62,520 bases of DNA from Opitutales bacterium. Lineage in GTDB: Bacteria; Verrucomicrobiota; Verrucomicrobiia; Opitutales; JABSRG01. Shown here piece after piece: positions 9,356 to 18,800 of the stretch; the first letter of the stretch is position 1, and each line of letters opens with the position of its first letter. Below the pieces are notes generated by a model. That model saw nothing but the letters and a program-made list of their open reading frames with translations. It did not search any database and had not been told where the DNA came from. Made by a program: the position numbers and the translations under genes. The stretch covers positions 1-62,520 of the forward strand of contig JBMYOQ010000018.1 of NCBI GenBank assembly GCA_049599475.1, written 5' to 3'.

Positions 9356-9486
9356 GGGGTCGCAGGGGAGGACGTCATGTGGGCTATTTCAAAGTAGCAT
9401 GAGCATCCCTGCTCGTGAGTTTTCTGGGAGGGGCGCTGTCCTCAGCGCCGATCTCAGCGGGCATCAGGACAGGTTGTCCTGTCATA

Positions 9487-9622
9487 CCCCTTCGAATTAA
9501 TTAAGGATCGAATAAATGAAGAAAGGTAGGGGACGGCGCCCTCGCCGGCCCGAGGCGTAAAGCGTGGTCAAGCGAGGGCGCTTGCCCCTACCCTTATATA
9601 CCAAAATTTACCAGATTCGGTA
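9487..9622. repeat. REPIN-like insert (inverted GTAG REP pair 9525-9592) flanked by TCATA direct repeats
   Basis: Absent from the paralogous segment, which has a single TCATA at 6645-6649. TCATA occurs here at 9482-9486 and 9623-9627. Confidence 0.7.
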
Positions 9623-9744
9623 TCATAGCGCGATTTATGCAAACGAAACCTCAATTGAGATCCAGTTCGCGCTGTCGACGTATGGTTTCAAAGAAACTTT
9701 TTTGAAGCATTTGCCCCGTCCTAGAACAACAGTCGGTAGAGTCT

Positions 9745-10296
9745 ATGAATCCTTCCGAAGAATCCTTAGCAGAAGTAAAGCGCGAACATCTCATTCGTGA
9801 GGCAATGCGCTGGGAGAATGCGCTGAAAGCGAACGCTTATGGAATACTCATGGATTGGGCAATGGCGGAGGACGCTTTTCAAGAGACTTTGATACTGCTT
9901 AATCAAAAATGGGCGGAATACGAAGACGGGAAAGCCGTGCTTCCTTGGGCGCGGCAAATCATCAAATTCAAGGCTCTCAATATGCGACGGAAGGCGCAGC
10001 GACAGATTACTGTATAGGAGGAGGAACTGGTTGGTTTAATTGATTCTCGTGTCGATGAACTTCTGAGCACAGATCAAGAGCGTGAAGCCTTTCAACAGCG
10101 ACAGCGTACCCTACGCAACTGTATCGACAAGCTTGGCAAGGACTGGCGCATGTTGCTCAAGGGATTCTATATTGAAGGAAAAAGTTGTGCTACGCTTGCG
10201 GCTGCGGCCCGTAAATCTCCGAGCACAATTCGGGTGATTTTGACGCGCGCTCGTAAGGAACTGCGCGTATGCGTCCATCGCGAAGTCATGAGCTAA
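9745..10296 (+). pseudogene. ECF sigma-70 factor (Rhodopirellula/Verrucomicrobium type) interrupted by one in-frame TAG at 10015-10017
   Basis: Region 2 (AEDAFQET...WARQIIKFKALN) lies before the stop. The same frame continues EEELVGLID...LRNCIDKL...FYIEGKSCATLA...STIRVILTRARKELRVCV (region 4) to TAA 10294-10296, which overlaps the next ATG. Confidence 0.88.
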
Positions 10297-11729
10297 TGGA
10301 TATAGACCCCCAGGAATATCTCCAAAAATATTTGGAAAAGACTCTGAGCGACGATGAGCGGCGTCGCCTGAGAGACGCACTGCGCGATGACCCTGAGTTC
10401 AGTCGTACCTTTGCCCAGGACCTCTTGGAGACGGGCACTTTGGTGGACCAAATAAAGAATCTAGATGAAGTGGCCACCCAAGCTGAGGGAGATGAGCGAT
10501 TCCCACGTCGAAATACTCGGACAAAGGCCCGTCGTCGTAAAAAGGTAGCTTGCTTTACCAGAAATGCGCCAGCCGTCTTATCCATCGCTGCCATGGCGCT
10601 TTTTGCTGTGATTTGCGGATTCTGGATGTGGTCTCAACAGGGTACTGAAGCCGAAAACGAAAACTATTTCGTCACCCAGGGGCTGGACGCAGTCGAATTT
10701 CGCGATGGGTTCACCATGATTGAAGGAAAGCGTATACAGCTCGGGAATAGCTACGATCTCAGTCAGGGATATGTGACTCTTGGGTTGATGCATCAAAGTC
10801 GACCCGCGGGAACAATCCGAATCGATGGACCGAGTAAGTTCTCTATTTCTCAAGCTGGAAAAATACACTTTGTCTCGGGGACGCTCTTTGCCGATATCGA
10901 TGCACCTCCAGGAGCTTTCGAAGTGCAAACTCCGGACATGATAATAAGAGACATCGGAACGATCTTTGGCGTCAGGACTAGCTTTTCAGGGCAAACAGAG
11001 GTGCATGTTTATGAGGGGGAAACCGTTATAGAGTCTACAGAGCGTGAAGGCTCGGCTGTGGAAAACATCATCACTGCTGGTGAAAAGGGACGTTTTGTAG
11101 ATTCGGGGGGCGCCGTGACCCTGAGGAAATCAAAGGCAGATCCTCAGCTGTTGGCGGCCTTTAATTCTTTCGCGTCTGATTCATCGATCATTTTAACACC
11201 GAGCTTAGACCTCAGAATCGATGGGCGTGGAGGTGTCGTTCTAGATGATCAGCTAAGGGCTGGGGGAGCATCGCGACGAAAGCTAGAACGGTCTTTCATA
11301 TATTTTGATCTTCCTGAAAACGAACTATCTCGAGCGGAGCTTACGCATGCGACTCTTCGGCTTATGCTAGAAAGCACGGAGATGAATGGTCATGTAAATA
11401 TAAATACCGTAGCCGAGCGCTGGGATGCTTCAGATGCGCCCCCATCCATGGAGCTTCCTATTATAGCGCTCGAACGCGCGAAGATTGCTACTTCAACTTC
11501 TCCTTCTGAAAAAGGCGGCGAAACAATTCCTCCGAAGACGGGCGTTTATTATTCAATCGATGTGACTGAAGCCGTGTTCAATTGGTTGGAAAATCCTGAT
11601 TCGAATTTCGGATTTTGTATTTCAGAAATTATGAATGATAGAGATGAATTTTTCAGAGAAACCAAGCGTACCTTTGCCTCTTCACGAAGCGAATACCCCC
11701 CGCAACTCGTAATTCACACCGTGGATTAA
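10296..11729 (+). CDS. FecR-family anti-sigma/sensor with a C-terminal DNRLRE (CBM96-like) domain
   Basis: The TAATG overlap gives a start at 10296. One TM helix; FecR motif FEVQTP...IRDIGTIFGV...TEVHVYEG; DNRLRE-like RSFIYFDL...ATLRL...IDVT..V.NW...NFGF...PQLVI. Confidence 0.85.
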   Translation: MDIDPQEYLQKYLEKTLSDDERRRLRDALRDDPEFSRTFAQDLLETGTLVDQIKNLDEVATQAEGDERFPRRNTRTKARRRKKVACFTRNAPAVLSIAAMALFAVICGFWMWSQQGTEAENENYFVTQGLDAVEFRDGFTMIEGKRIQLGNSYDLSQGYVTLGLMHQSRPAGTIRIDGPSKFSISQAGKIHFVSGTLFADIDAPPGAFEVQTPDMIIRDIGTIFGVRTSFSGQTEVHVYEGETVIESTEREGSAVENIITAGEKGRFVDSGGAVTLRKSKADPQLLAAFNSFASDSSIILTPSLDLRIDGRGGVVLDDQLRAGGASRRKLERSFIYFDLPENELSRAELTHATLRLMLESTEMNGHVNINTVAERWDASDAPPSMELPIIALERAKIATSTSPSEKGGETIPPKTGVYYSIDVTEAVFNWLENPDSNFGFCISEIMNDRDEFFRETKRTFASSRSEYPPQLVIHTVD

Positions 11730-11786
11730 CGCGTACAAATAGCTCTCATTCATACTTCCATCTCTAACTCCTATTTATTATCTGAA

Positions 11787-13778
11787 ATGATCAGACGAAT
11801 CATCCTGTGTTCCCTGATAGCAGTCTCTTCCTTTGCGACGACTGTCACCTCTATTGCTCAAAATATCTATAATGAGGAAGGCGGCCTCGTCGTGATGGAA
11901 GCCGAGAATACCGCGAGCAGGTTAAGAAACTGGATCACCACTACGCAGGATCCTGAACTAGGTAGTTATACAGGTAGCGGATACATGGAGTTCACGAGTA
12001 ATCAGTTGTCGGGCGGTTCGCCAAATTCCCCACTAGAATATACATTCAAAATCAATAAAGCAGGTAGATATGATTTGTACATGCGCTCAGCAAAAGATCT
12101 TGTCGAAGGACACAGTGACTACTCGAATGATTGCTATTTGCGTGTCGAAGGAAATTATGATTCAGGGCGAAATGATATCCCTCTTGCGGTATTGCAGGAG
12201 GATACAAAATTTTTCGTATGGGAGGCGGGGATTGTCCCTTTAGAGTGGTCGTGGGCTATGCAGCTGGAATACGTGGATAGTGATGGTACGCACAAAAAGG
12301 ACACGCCGAGGTATCGATTTGAAGCCGGGGAAACATACACAATCGTCATTCATGGACGCTCTAGGTCCTTTTTCTTTGATCGGATTGTGCTCGCTCATAG
12401 TGATGTCTCCAAGAGGACTGCTCAGGATATTGCACTAGAAGAGTCTTCACTTGTGGATAACCTTCCTCCTGATCCTAGTGTTCCAGAAATTGTATCTTTT
12501 ACCTTGGTCAATGCGACTACTGACCTTCCCGTTCAAGGCTTTGATCCCATCCCAGATAATGCGATTATCAATACAGTGGATATTGGCACTACCAACCTAA
12601 ATATTCTGGCGAATACATTACCGAATTCTGATTTTGGCAGCATTGTGTTCAGTCTGTCTGGAGCGGAAGCGCATAATCAAACGGAAAGTGGCTATCCCTT
12701 TGTGCTCTATGGAGACGCTGGTAGTGGAGATTATAATGACAATACATTCGATAACGGAACCTATACGCTCTCCGCGACGCCCTACGATGATAATGGAGGG
12801 GCAGGTAACGCAGGTGAAACCTACAGTATCGGTTTTACGGTGACAGACCTGTATTCATTGGAAATTACAAACGGGCAGGGCAGTGGCAATTATTCAGAAG
12901 GCGAAGTGATCGATATCACCGCAGACGCAGCACCTGCCGGTCAGGTTTTTAGTGTGTGGACAGGGGATACAAGCGGAGTCGCAGATGTGAATAGTTCCAT
13001 TACCACATTCACCATGCCTGCTGCGGATGTGACACTCACGGCGACCTATGTGGATCAGGTGCCCGTGGTTGATTCGTTTACCATCACCAATATGGATGGA
13101 TTTGAGAATATAACCGGGGATATCACCATTGATATTGCCAATGGCGGAAAGCAGAGAGTTGCCATAAAGGCGAATACGACACCAGAAACAGATTTTGGCA
13201 GTGTTCAATTTTCGCTTACGGGGGCTACCGAAGGGGGTCGCGAGGATAATAATCCAGACTACGTGTTCAAGTCATGGAATCATGTCCCCGGCGATATCTA
13301 CAATTACGGAGAACACACGCTTGTAATCACCCCCTTCGATGACGCTGGGGTCGCTGGCACGGCGCTCACCACAAAAATTACAGTTACAAACAGTCAGCTA
13401 ACGGACTACGAAATGTGGGAGAGCAACAACGCTGTCGTCGGACTGGCATCTGCGGATACCGACGGCGACTTGGTAAGGAATTACTTCGAATACCTTTACG
13501 GCTCGGATCCCCATGATCCTGCGAGCAAAGGTTTCTACTTCGCCTCCGAAGTGGATCCCGTGACTGAAGAAGTCCAATTCGTTTGGGCAGTATCGGAAGG
13601 GCACTCCTTGGGGTATGAATACATCCCTGAAATCTCAGTAGATCTGACTAGTTGGGATACCTTACCCTCAGAGGATTACACAATCGAAGAATCGACGATA
13701 GACGGCATCACCACGCACACCCTGAAACTCATTGCCGATTACGGCTCCGGAGTATTCTTAAGGCTCAGTATGCCCTAG
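11787..13778 (+). CDS. Secreted modular protein: CBM-like N-terminal beta-sandwich, shared module, divergent InlB B-repeat-like domain, second module, C-terminal tail
   Basis: Signal peptide; GLVVMEAE...GSGYMEF...FKINKAGRY...DRIVL; NGQGSGNY...F..WTGD...TFTMPAADVTLTATY; DTDGD...EY...DP; FLRL at the end. Confidence 0.85.
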   Translation: MIRRIILCSLIAVSSFATTVTSIAQNIYNEEGGLVVMEAENTASRLRNWITTTQDPELGSYTGSGYMEFTSNQLSGGSPNSPLEYTFKINKAGRYDLYMRSAKDLVEGHSDYSNDCYLRVEGNYDSGRNDIPLAVLQEDTKFFVWEAGIVPLEWSWAMQLEYVDSDGTHKKDTPRYRFEAGETYTIVIHGRSRSFFFDRIVLAHSDVSKRTAQDIALEESSLVDNLPPDPSVPEIVSFTLVNATTDLPVQGFDPIPDNAIINTVDIGTTNLNILANTLPNSDFGSIVFSLSGAEAHNQTESGYPFVLYGDAGSGDYNDNTFDNGTYTLSATPYDDNGGAGNAGETYSIGFTVTDLYSLEITNGQGSGNYSEGEVIDITADAAPAGQVFSVWTGDTSGVADVNSSITTFTMPAADVTLTATYVDQVPVVDSFTITNMDGFENITGDITIDIANGGKQRVAIKANTTPETDFGSVQFSLTGATEGGREDNNPDYVFKSWNHVPGDIYNYGEHTLVITPFDDAGVAGTALTTKITVTNSQLTDYEMWESNNAVVGLASADTDGDLVRNYFEYLYGSDPHDPASKGFYFASEVDPVTEEVQFVWAVSEGHSLGYEYIPEISVDLTSWDTLPSEDYTIEESTIDGITTHTLKLIADYGSGVFLRLSMP

Positions 13779-13842
13779 TCGCATATTTTACATAGGTTCA
13801 GCTCATTGTATCCCTCCCAGGGCTACGAAAAGCTTCCAAAGA

Positions 13843-13909
13843 GTCCACGAAACACACGAAATACACGAAAAAAAGACACAATTTCGTGTGTTTTGTGTAT
13901 TTCGTGGAC
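13843..13909. repeat. Palindromic element built from 3x 9-nt CACGAAAYA units (copy 1)
   Basis: gtccacgaaacacacgaaatacacgaaa...tttcgtgtgttttgtgtatttcgtggac. Confidence 0.85.
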
Positions 13910-14096
13910 GCCCTAAATTAGACAGAATTCACATGTTTCTCTGGATATCAGGGAGGGTATGTTCTCATGCCTGGAAGGGATTTGTTCTACTTTTTTGATC
14001 CAACGCAAAATTATCCGCTTCTCGAGTATGCGAGAAATTTGCGGCATGTGGCATCTTCAGGCTTGGCCTCTGGAGCTAGGTCTCTTTCTTGGAAGA

Positions 14097-14876
14097 ATGG
14101 TCGCATTTAACCAGGAGGAACGATTCCGTTTACGAATTGAGCTCAATGAAATTGAACCAGTGATTTGGCGTGAGATCACGGTGCCTAAATCCATCAGTCT
14201 GGCTTGGCTGCATGAGGTAATCCAAATCGCCATGGGGTGGATGGATATGCATCTACACCAGTTTGAGAAGGACGGCACTATCTACGAATTGCCCAGCGAG
14301 GATGGCGATGGATCGGTTGCCAGTATCGATGAATCGACTGTCCCTTTGAATCGACTCTTCGTAAGCCCTGGGGACACGATGAAATACACCTACGATTTTG
14401 GAGACGACTGGGAGCATTCGATTGAATTAAAGGAGGTGTTGCCTGCTGGAAGCGGTGACATCGTTCAATGCATTGGAGGTGAAAACGCCGGCCCGCCCGA
14501 GGATTGTGGGGGTGCATACGGCTATATGGACTTGATTGAAATGCTCGAGGCTAAGGCGCAGGGCAAAGAACTCTCAGATGCCCAAGAGGAAAAGCTGGAA
14601 TGGTTTGGAGGAGCGATCGACGATCTTAAATTTCCGGCAAAGGAGCTTGAAGGTATTAACGAGACACTCCAAAAAATGCTCGAATATGCGATGCCGGAGG
14701 GTGGCCTCACGCCGGATGGAGCTCCGATTCCCGACGGACTATTCAAGCCCTACGAACTCGACGACGAGGAGGACGATGAAGACTTTCAGGCCTTTATGAG
14801 CTCGATGACAGACGCGCTCGATGAGGAGTTTGGTTTGGAAGAAGATGACGACGAGGAAGACGCGCCTCGGGATTAG
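14097..14876 (+). CDS. Plasmid pRiA4b ORF-3 family (IS1096 TnpR-like) protein with an acidic tail
   Basis: IWREITVP...LHEVIQIAMGW.D.HLHQF, YTYDFGDDWEH and GENAGPPEDCGG motifs; likely start ATG 14097 within ORF 13959..14876. Confidence 0.9.
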   Translation: MVAFNQEERFRLRIELNEIEPVIWREITVPKSISLAWLHEVIQIAMGWMDMHLHQFEKDGTIYELPSEDGDGSVASIDESTVPLNRLFVSPGDTMKYTYDFGDDWEHSIELKEVLPAGSGDIVQCIGGENAGPPEDCGGAYGYMDLIEMLEAKAQGKELSDAQEEKLEWFGGAIDDLKFPAKELEGINETLQKMLEYAMPEGGLTPDGAPIPDGLFKPYELDDEEDDEDFQAFMSSMTDALDEEFGLEEDDDEEDAPRD

Positions 14877-14990
14877 GGCCTTTGGGGCTTAAAATCTTTC
14901 TCAAAAATTCGTGCGTATTCGACTCGAGTTATAATCGGGAGTTTTCCGGGAGAGAGACTGTCTCCCAGAGTCACGATAGGCTTTTATAGA

Positions 14991-15060
14991 GTCCACGAAA
15001 TACACGGAATACACGAAAATCGGGTAACACAATTTTCGTGTGTTTTGTGTATTTCGTGGA
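14991..15060. repeat. Palindromic element built from 3x 9-nt CACGAAAYA units (copy 2)
   Basis: gtccacgaaatacacggaatacacgaaa...tttcgtgtgttttgtgtatttcgtgga; the right arm is identical to copy 1. Confidence 0.85.
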
Positions 15061-15118
15061 TCCAATGAAACGCCTGGTTTTATCCATCCGTGGATGGGCG
15101 GCGGTGTGCTTGTTTTTA

Positions 15119-15832
15119 CTATTGGGCGAGGACCACTTTCTCTGGGATGCCGTATAGGTCGACTCTGCCGCGGCGGCCCATTTTCTTTTCCGAAATGATG
15201 TAGGTGTAGCGGCGATCCTCTGCGAATCGGAGGCCGCCTCGGTAGCCGCGCACGGGGTTTTCTTGGTCGACTAAGCTTATGATGACAGTGTCGAGGACTT
15301 TGCTATCTACGGTTTTCGCGTCGAGGTCCATGAACCCGTTTGCTTTTACGATACTCGTTGCCTCACCGATCTTGATAGCGATGTCGAACGTAGCGGTATT
15401 GATGAACCGATACATGCCCGGTTTAAAGATGTCCTGACCGTCGGGAATTGTCGCGATATTGAAGGTGCGGCGCTTGCCTTCCACGGGTTTGAAAATGAGG
15501 ACAAAGCTGCCTTCTTTTGCTGGAAAACGGGTTGAGCCGATGGGCACTCGTGTCGGATTGCCCTCTGCATCTAGTTTGTTTCGATTTAGGCGGTAGAAGG
15601 TTAATTTGCGGCTTCCGGAATAGGATCTCTTGGGAGATTTTAGCCCGTGATTTATGTTAAAGGGCTCGGAGTCTGCATAGACGATATCGAAGATGGTCTT
15701 CGACATGAGGATGATGCTGAATTCCACGTTGACTTCGTCGTTTTGGGCAAGGGCTTGATTGCCGCACATCAACCCCATTGATAGGATGATCACGCTTTTA
15801 AAATGCTTAAGACGGATAAGGGCTGATTTCAT
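15119..15832 (-). CDS. Hypothetical exported protein, companion of the cassette-A-like gene
   Basis: 237-aa ORF with a signal peptide (…QALA/Q), 12 bp downstream of the preceding gene on the same strand. Confidence 0.7.
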   Translation of the reverse strand: MKSALIRLKHFKSVIILSMGLMCGNQALAQNDEVNVEFSIILMSKTIFDIVYADSEPFNINHGLKSPKRSYSGSRKLTFYRLNRNKLDAEGNPTRVPIGSTRFPAKEGSFVLIFKPVEGKRRTFNIATIPDGQDIFKPGMYRFINTATFDIAIKIGEATSIVKANGFMDLDAKTVDSKVLDTVIISLVDQENPVRGYRGGLRFAEDRRYTYIISEKKMGRRGRVDLYGIPEKVVLAQ

Positions 15833-15844
15833 CGTGTTTGTGGT

Positions 15845-18800
15845 CTAGACTTCGTCCTCGGATAACCAGCGGAAAGAGATCACCTGGAATTTACGCCCCA
15901 TCGCGGTAGGGTCGCCATCAGCGTCGATTGCCGACCAATAGGCTGCTTGTGATACGTCTGTGCCGTCACGGGGATTCAGCGGCTCAGGGATTCTCTGGAC
16001 GATGGCTTCGCACCAGGCCTTGTGGGTGGCACCGCTCGAATTGGGATCCACAGACTCACCGTAAGCGCGAATGCGGAAGCAGTCGCTGCGTGCATTGAGA
16101 AAGGCTCCGATGGATTGAAGAATATCCGCCTGAAGTAGGTAAGTGGATGCGGAGGATGCGGAGGTCATTTCTGAGCCGTCGGCGCGTGTGAGATTTTCAG
16201 GATTGGGGAAGCCCAAAACGTCGCCGCCGAAGGTGGGGCTATCCAAGGAATCTTGAGGGACTTCGTTGATCCCCGTGCCTTCCATGCTGCGATTGTTTAG
16301 AGACGTCGTTGCGTCTATGGCGGCCTGCAGGACTCCGGCGAGCCCGTATTGGTCGTTGCTTAGACGGCGATTAATAAATTCTGAAAGTGTGAGAAAAGGG
16401 GTGCCTTGATTGCTTGAGCGGGCTTGTATTTCAGCTACGATATTTGTCGCAAGGTCGAAGATCTGCGTATCACTGAAGGTCCGGAAACCGCCCCAGGCTT
16501 CAGAGTCATACAGGTCATCAGTCGTGAGCTCAGTTTGGGTCGGTTGTGACAGTCGGGAAAAGGGCGTGGAGTTTGCCGACCTCGGAGATTCCCCGCTAGT
16601 TTGTCCGGAGAGGTAGACTTGTTGATCTCGGGCTCCTGAGAGCACTGCCTGCCAGGCCTCAATTGAGGTGGAGTTCACATTGAAGGTGCCGGCAACCATA
16701 AGGTTTTCGGCGGCCCGGGCGTATCCATCACTCGCTGGATCACCGTTGGTGAAGAGCTTGGCTTTCACCGTATCGATGTCTTCGGACTCATGCAGGCTCA
16801 GGGTGACGCGAGGGTTGGGGAGGGGCTCGGGAGTGCTGGAATCGAAGGCAGCATCAAATGTTTCGGATACAGTGCTGCCCGATTCGTCGTAATCGTCAGA
16901 ACCTGCATCGTAGGGAATGGATAGTGACGAGAAATAGTAGCTGTCCCAGAGCGCTTCGTTCATGAGGTATGAAATATCATAGTAGATACGCTCATTTCCC
17001 CATCGATTGTCGAATAGGGCATAGGTCGAATCGCGATCGATAAATGGGGATGCAAACGAGTTGCCAATGGCCAAGGCTGGCATGTGATCGTAGATGGTGA
17101 TGTTTGCGTGCTGAAGTTTCCCAATCGAGGTGATCGGGGAAGTCGGTAGTTCTAGGGTCACTACATTCGTTACACCGTCTCCGGATGCTCCGGTAGAGGG
17201 CCCCCAGTTGTCGAGAGCTAGGGCTGTCCCCGCTGGCTCGGTACCAAAGGTGACTTCTGCTTCCCATCCCGGAGAATATGTGGGGTAGCCGACGGAGCCT
17301 GCGGATAATTTTTCTCCGGGTGGCAGGAATCCATAGCTATCCTTCACCGGAGCCAGAGGATTGGTCATGGTGTAGACTGGATAGCGCGCCTCGAACCCTG
17401 TTTTCGTGACAAATTCCGTGGGTTTTAGTTGGAGATCATATTTGATGAGGGAAATAGAATTGTCTACTGAGTTGTAGATCGTGGGGTCTACATTTGTTTG
17501 GAATGCGTAGTGATATTCTATGGGATCGGATGGGTCATAGTAGAACTCACTGTCCATCGGGAAACGATACTCATGGGCGGTTGGATCGTCGCTTTGGTAG
17601 TTCCAGGATGGTCCCACAATCGTTGATAGGAAACTGTAGAATGGGGCCATAATCTTCGTTGGTCGCCACCGGTAAGGTTGGGGCCGTTCTCTTGAGCAGA
17701 GAAGAACATCCGGTTATGCCACAGGGTGTATTCTTGTGTTAGTCCGCTGCCTACGACATCTACATTCCGGGCGACTCTCGGGCGCACCGCGAGGGAAAAG
17801 GGCCCTGCTGTGCTGAAGGTCAGACCTGGATCGCCTGTAGCGGTCGATCCCACTAAATTTCTCCAAAATGAAGGGTCTGGGTTGTCTGCCCCAACCCATG
17901 CAGGGTAATCCCCGGACGGAATTGAAGCTGAATATTCATCGCTCGTCCGAAAGCTTACACCTTGATAGGTGAGGAAAGATCCAGGAGACATACTCGACGA
18001 TTCGACCGCTGCACGTGTCACGGATGTGCGATCACTTTCGGCGGACATGTTATCACTGCTGGAGTAGAGTTTGGTGGTGCTCGGGAATGCTCCGTCGTAG
18101 ATGTCTAAGGTCATTTCATGTGATCTCTCTTCGAATACGAGATCACCATGAGTGATTGTAACATTGTAAGGATTATGAAATACAAAATAACACCTAGCGG
18201 AGCGGTATCCTTTGTATTCGGGAGTCATTGAGCCTTGGTCTTCGAACCATATCCCGTATTCTCGGACGAAGCGGGTGAAAAAGGGTATGTAACTTGCCGA
18301 TACAATCGTGGGAAGTGGAGCCGATGTGCTGGCTTCTCGTGAGCGTAGAGGATCGTGCTCAGGGCCGGCGTAGTGCGTGTGCCCGTCGCTATCGATATCG
18401 AAATTTGCGATCATGATCGACGATTGGCTACTTCCTGAATCGCTGACACCTCCAGAAGCTTCCGGGAGCCCTCCGGCGAGGAGAAAGGCCGGTTGACGCG
18501 CGCCCTCATTATTCGCAGCGCTCGGCTGATCGTAGCGTGGGTTGCTGTGTTCTAAATTGGGACCCATAATTTGGGCTTCGAATGTGGGATCGGTCATGGG
18601 GGTCTCCATGCGATGGTAGATCGTGTAGTAGTCGCGCAGGACATGCCAATTGGGGCCATGGGCGTCAGTGCCCGTAGAATTTTCCAGCATGAAGACGGGT
18701 TGTACATCAAACGTTGCGCTATCCCATGGGCGATAGGCATCGGGGCCCGCTCCGGCAAATTCGGAGGCATCGAAGGCGCTGTCATCCATCTCGAAGGCGA

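Noticed and set aside
10015..10017. Pyrrolysine or genome-wide amber recoding
   Set aside because: TAG is used as a normal stop by many genes here (e.g. 9355, 13778, 22969, 37125) and no pyl genes are visible.
1..13778. Diversity-generating retroelement (template/variable repeat pairs)
   Set aside because: No reverse transcriptase in the window, both copies of each repeat are coding, and mismatches by eye are not adenine-specific.
14097..14876. Plasmid or IS element implied by the pRiA4b ORF3/TnpR family name
   Set aside because: No replication or transposase gene adjacent; the family is common on chromosomes.
13843..15060. CRISPR array suggested by the short periodic repeats
   Set aside because: Only two palindromic units 1.1 kb apart, no unique spacers of regular length and no cas genes.
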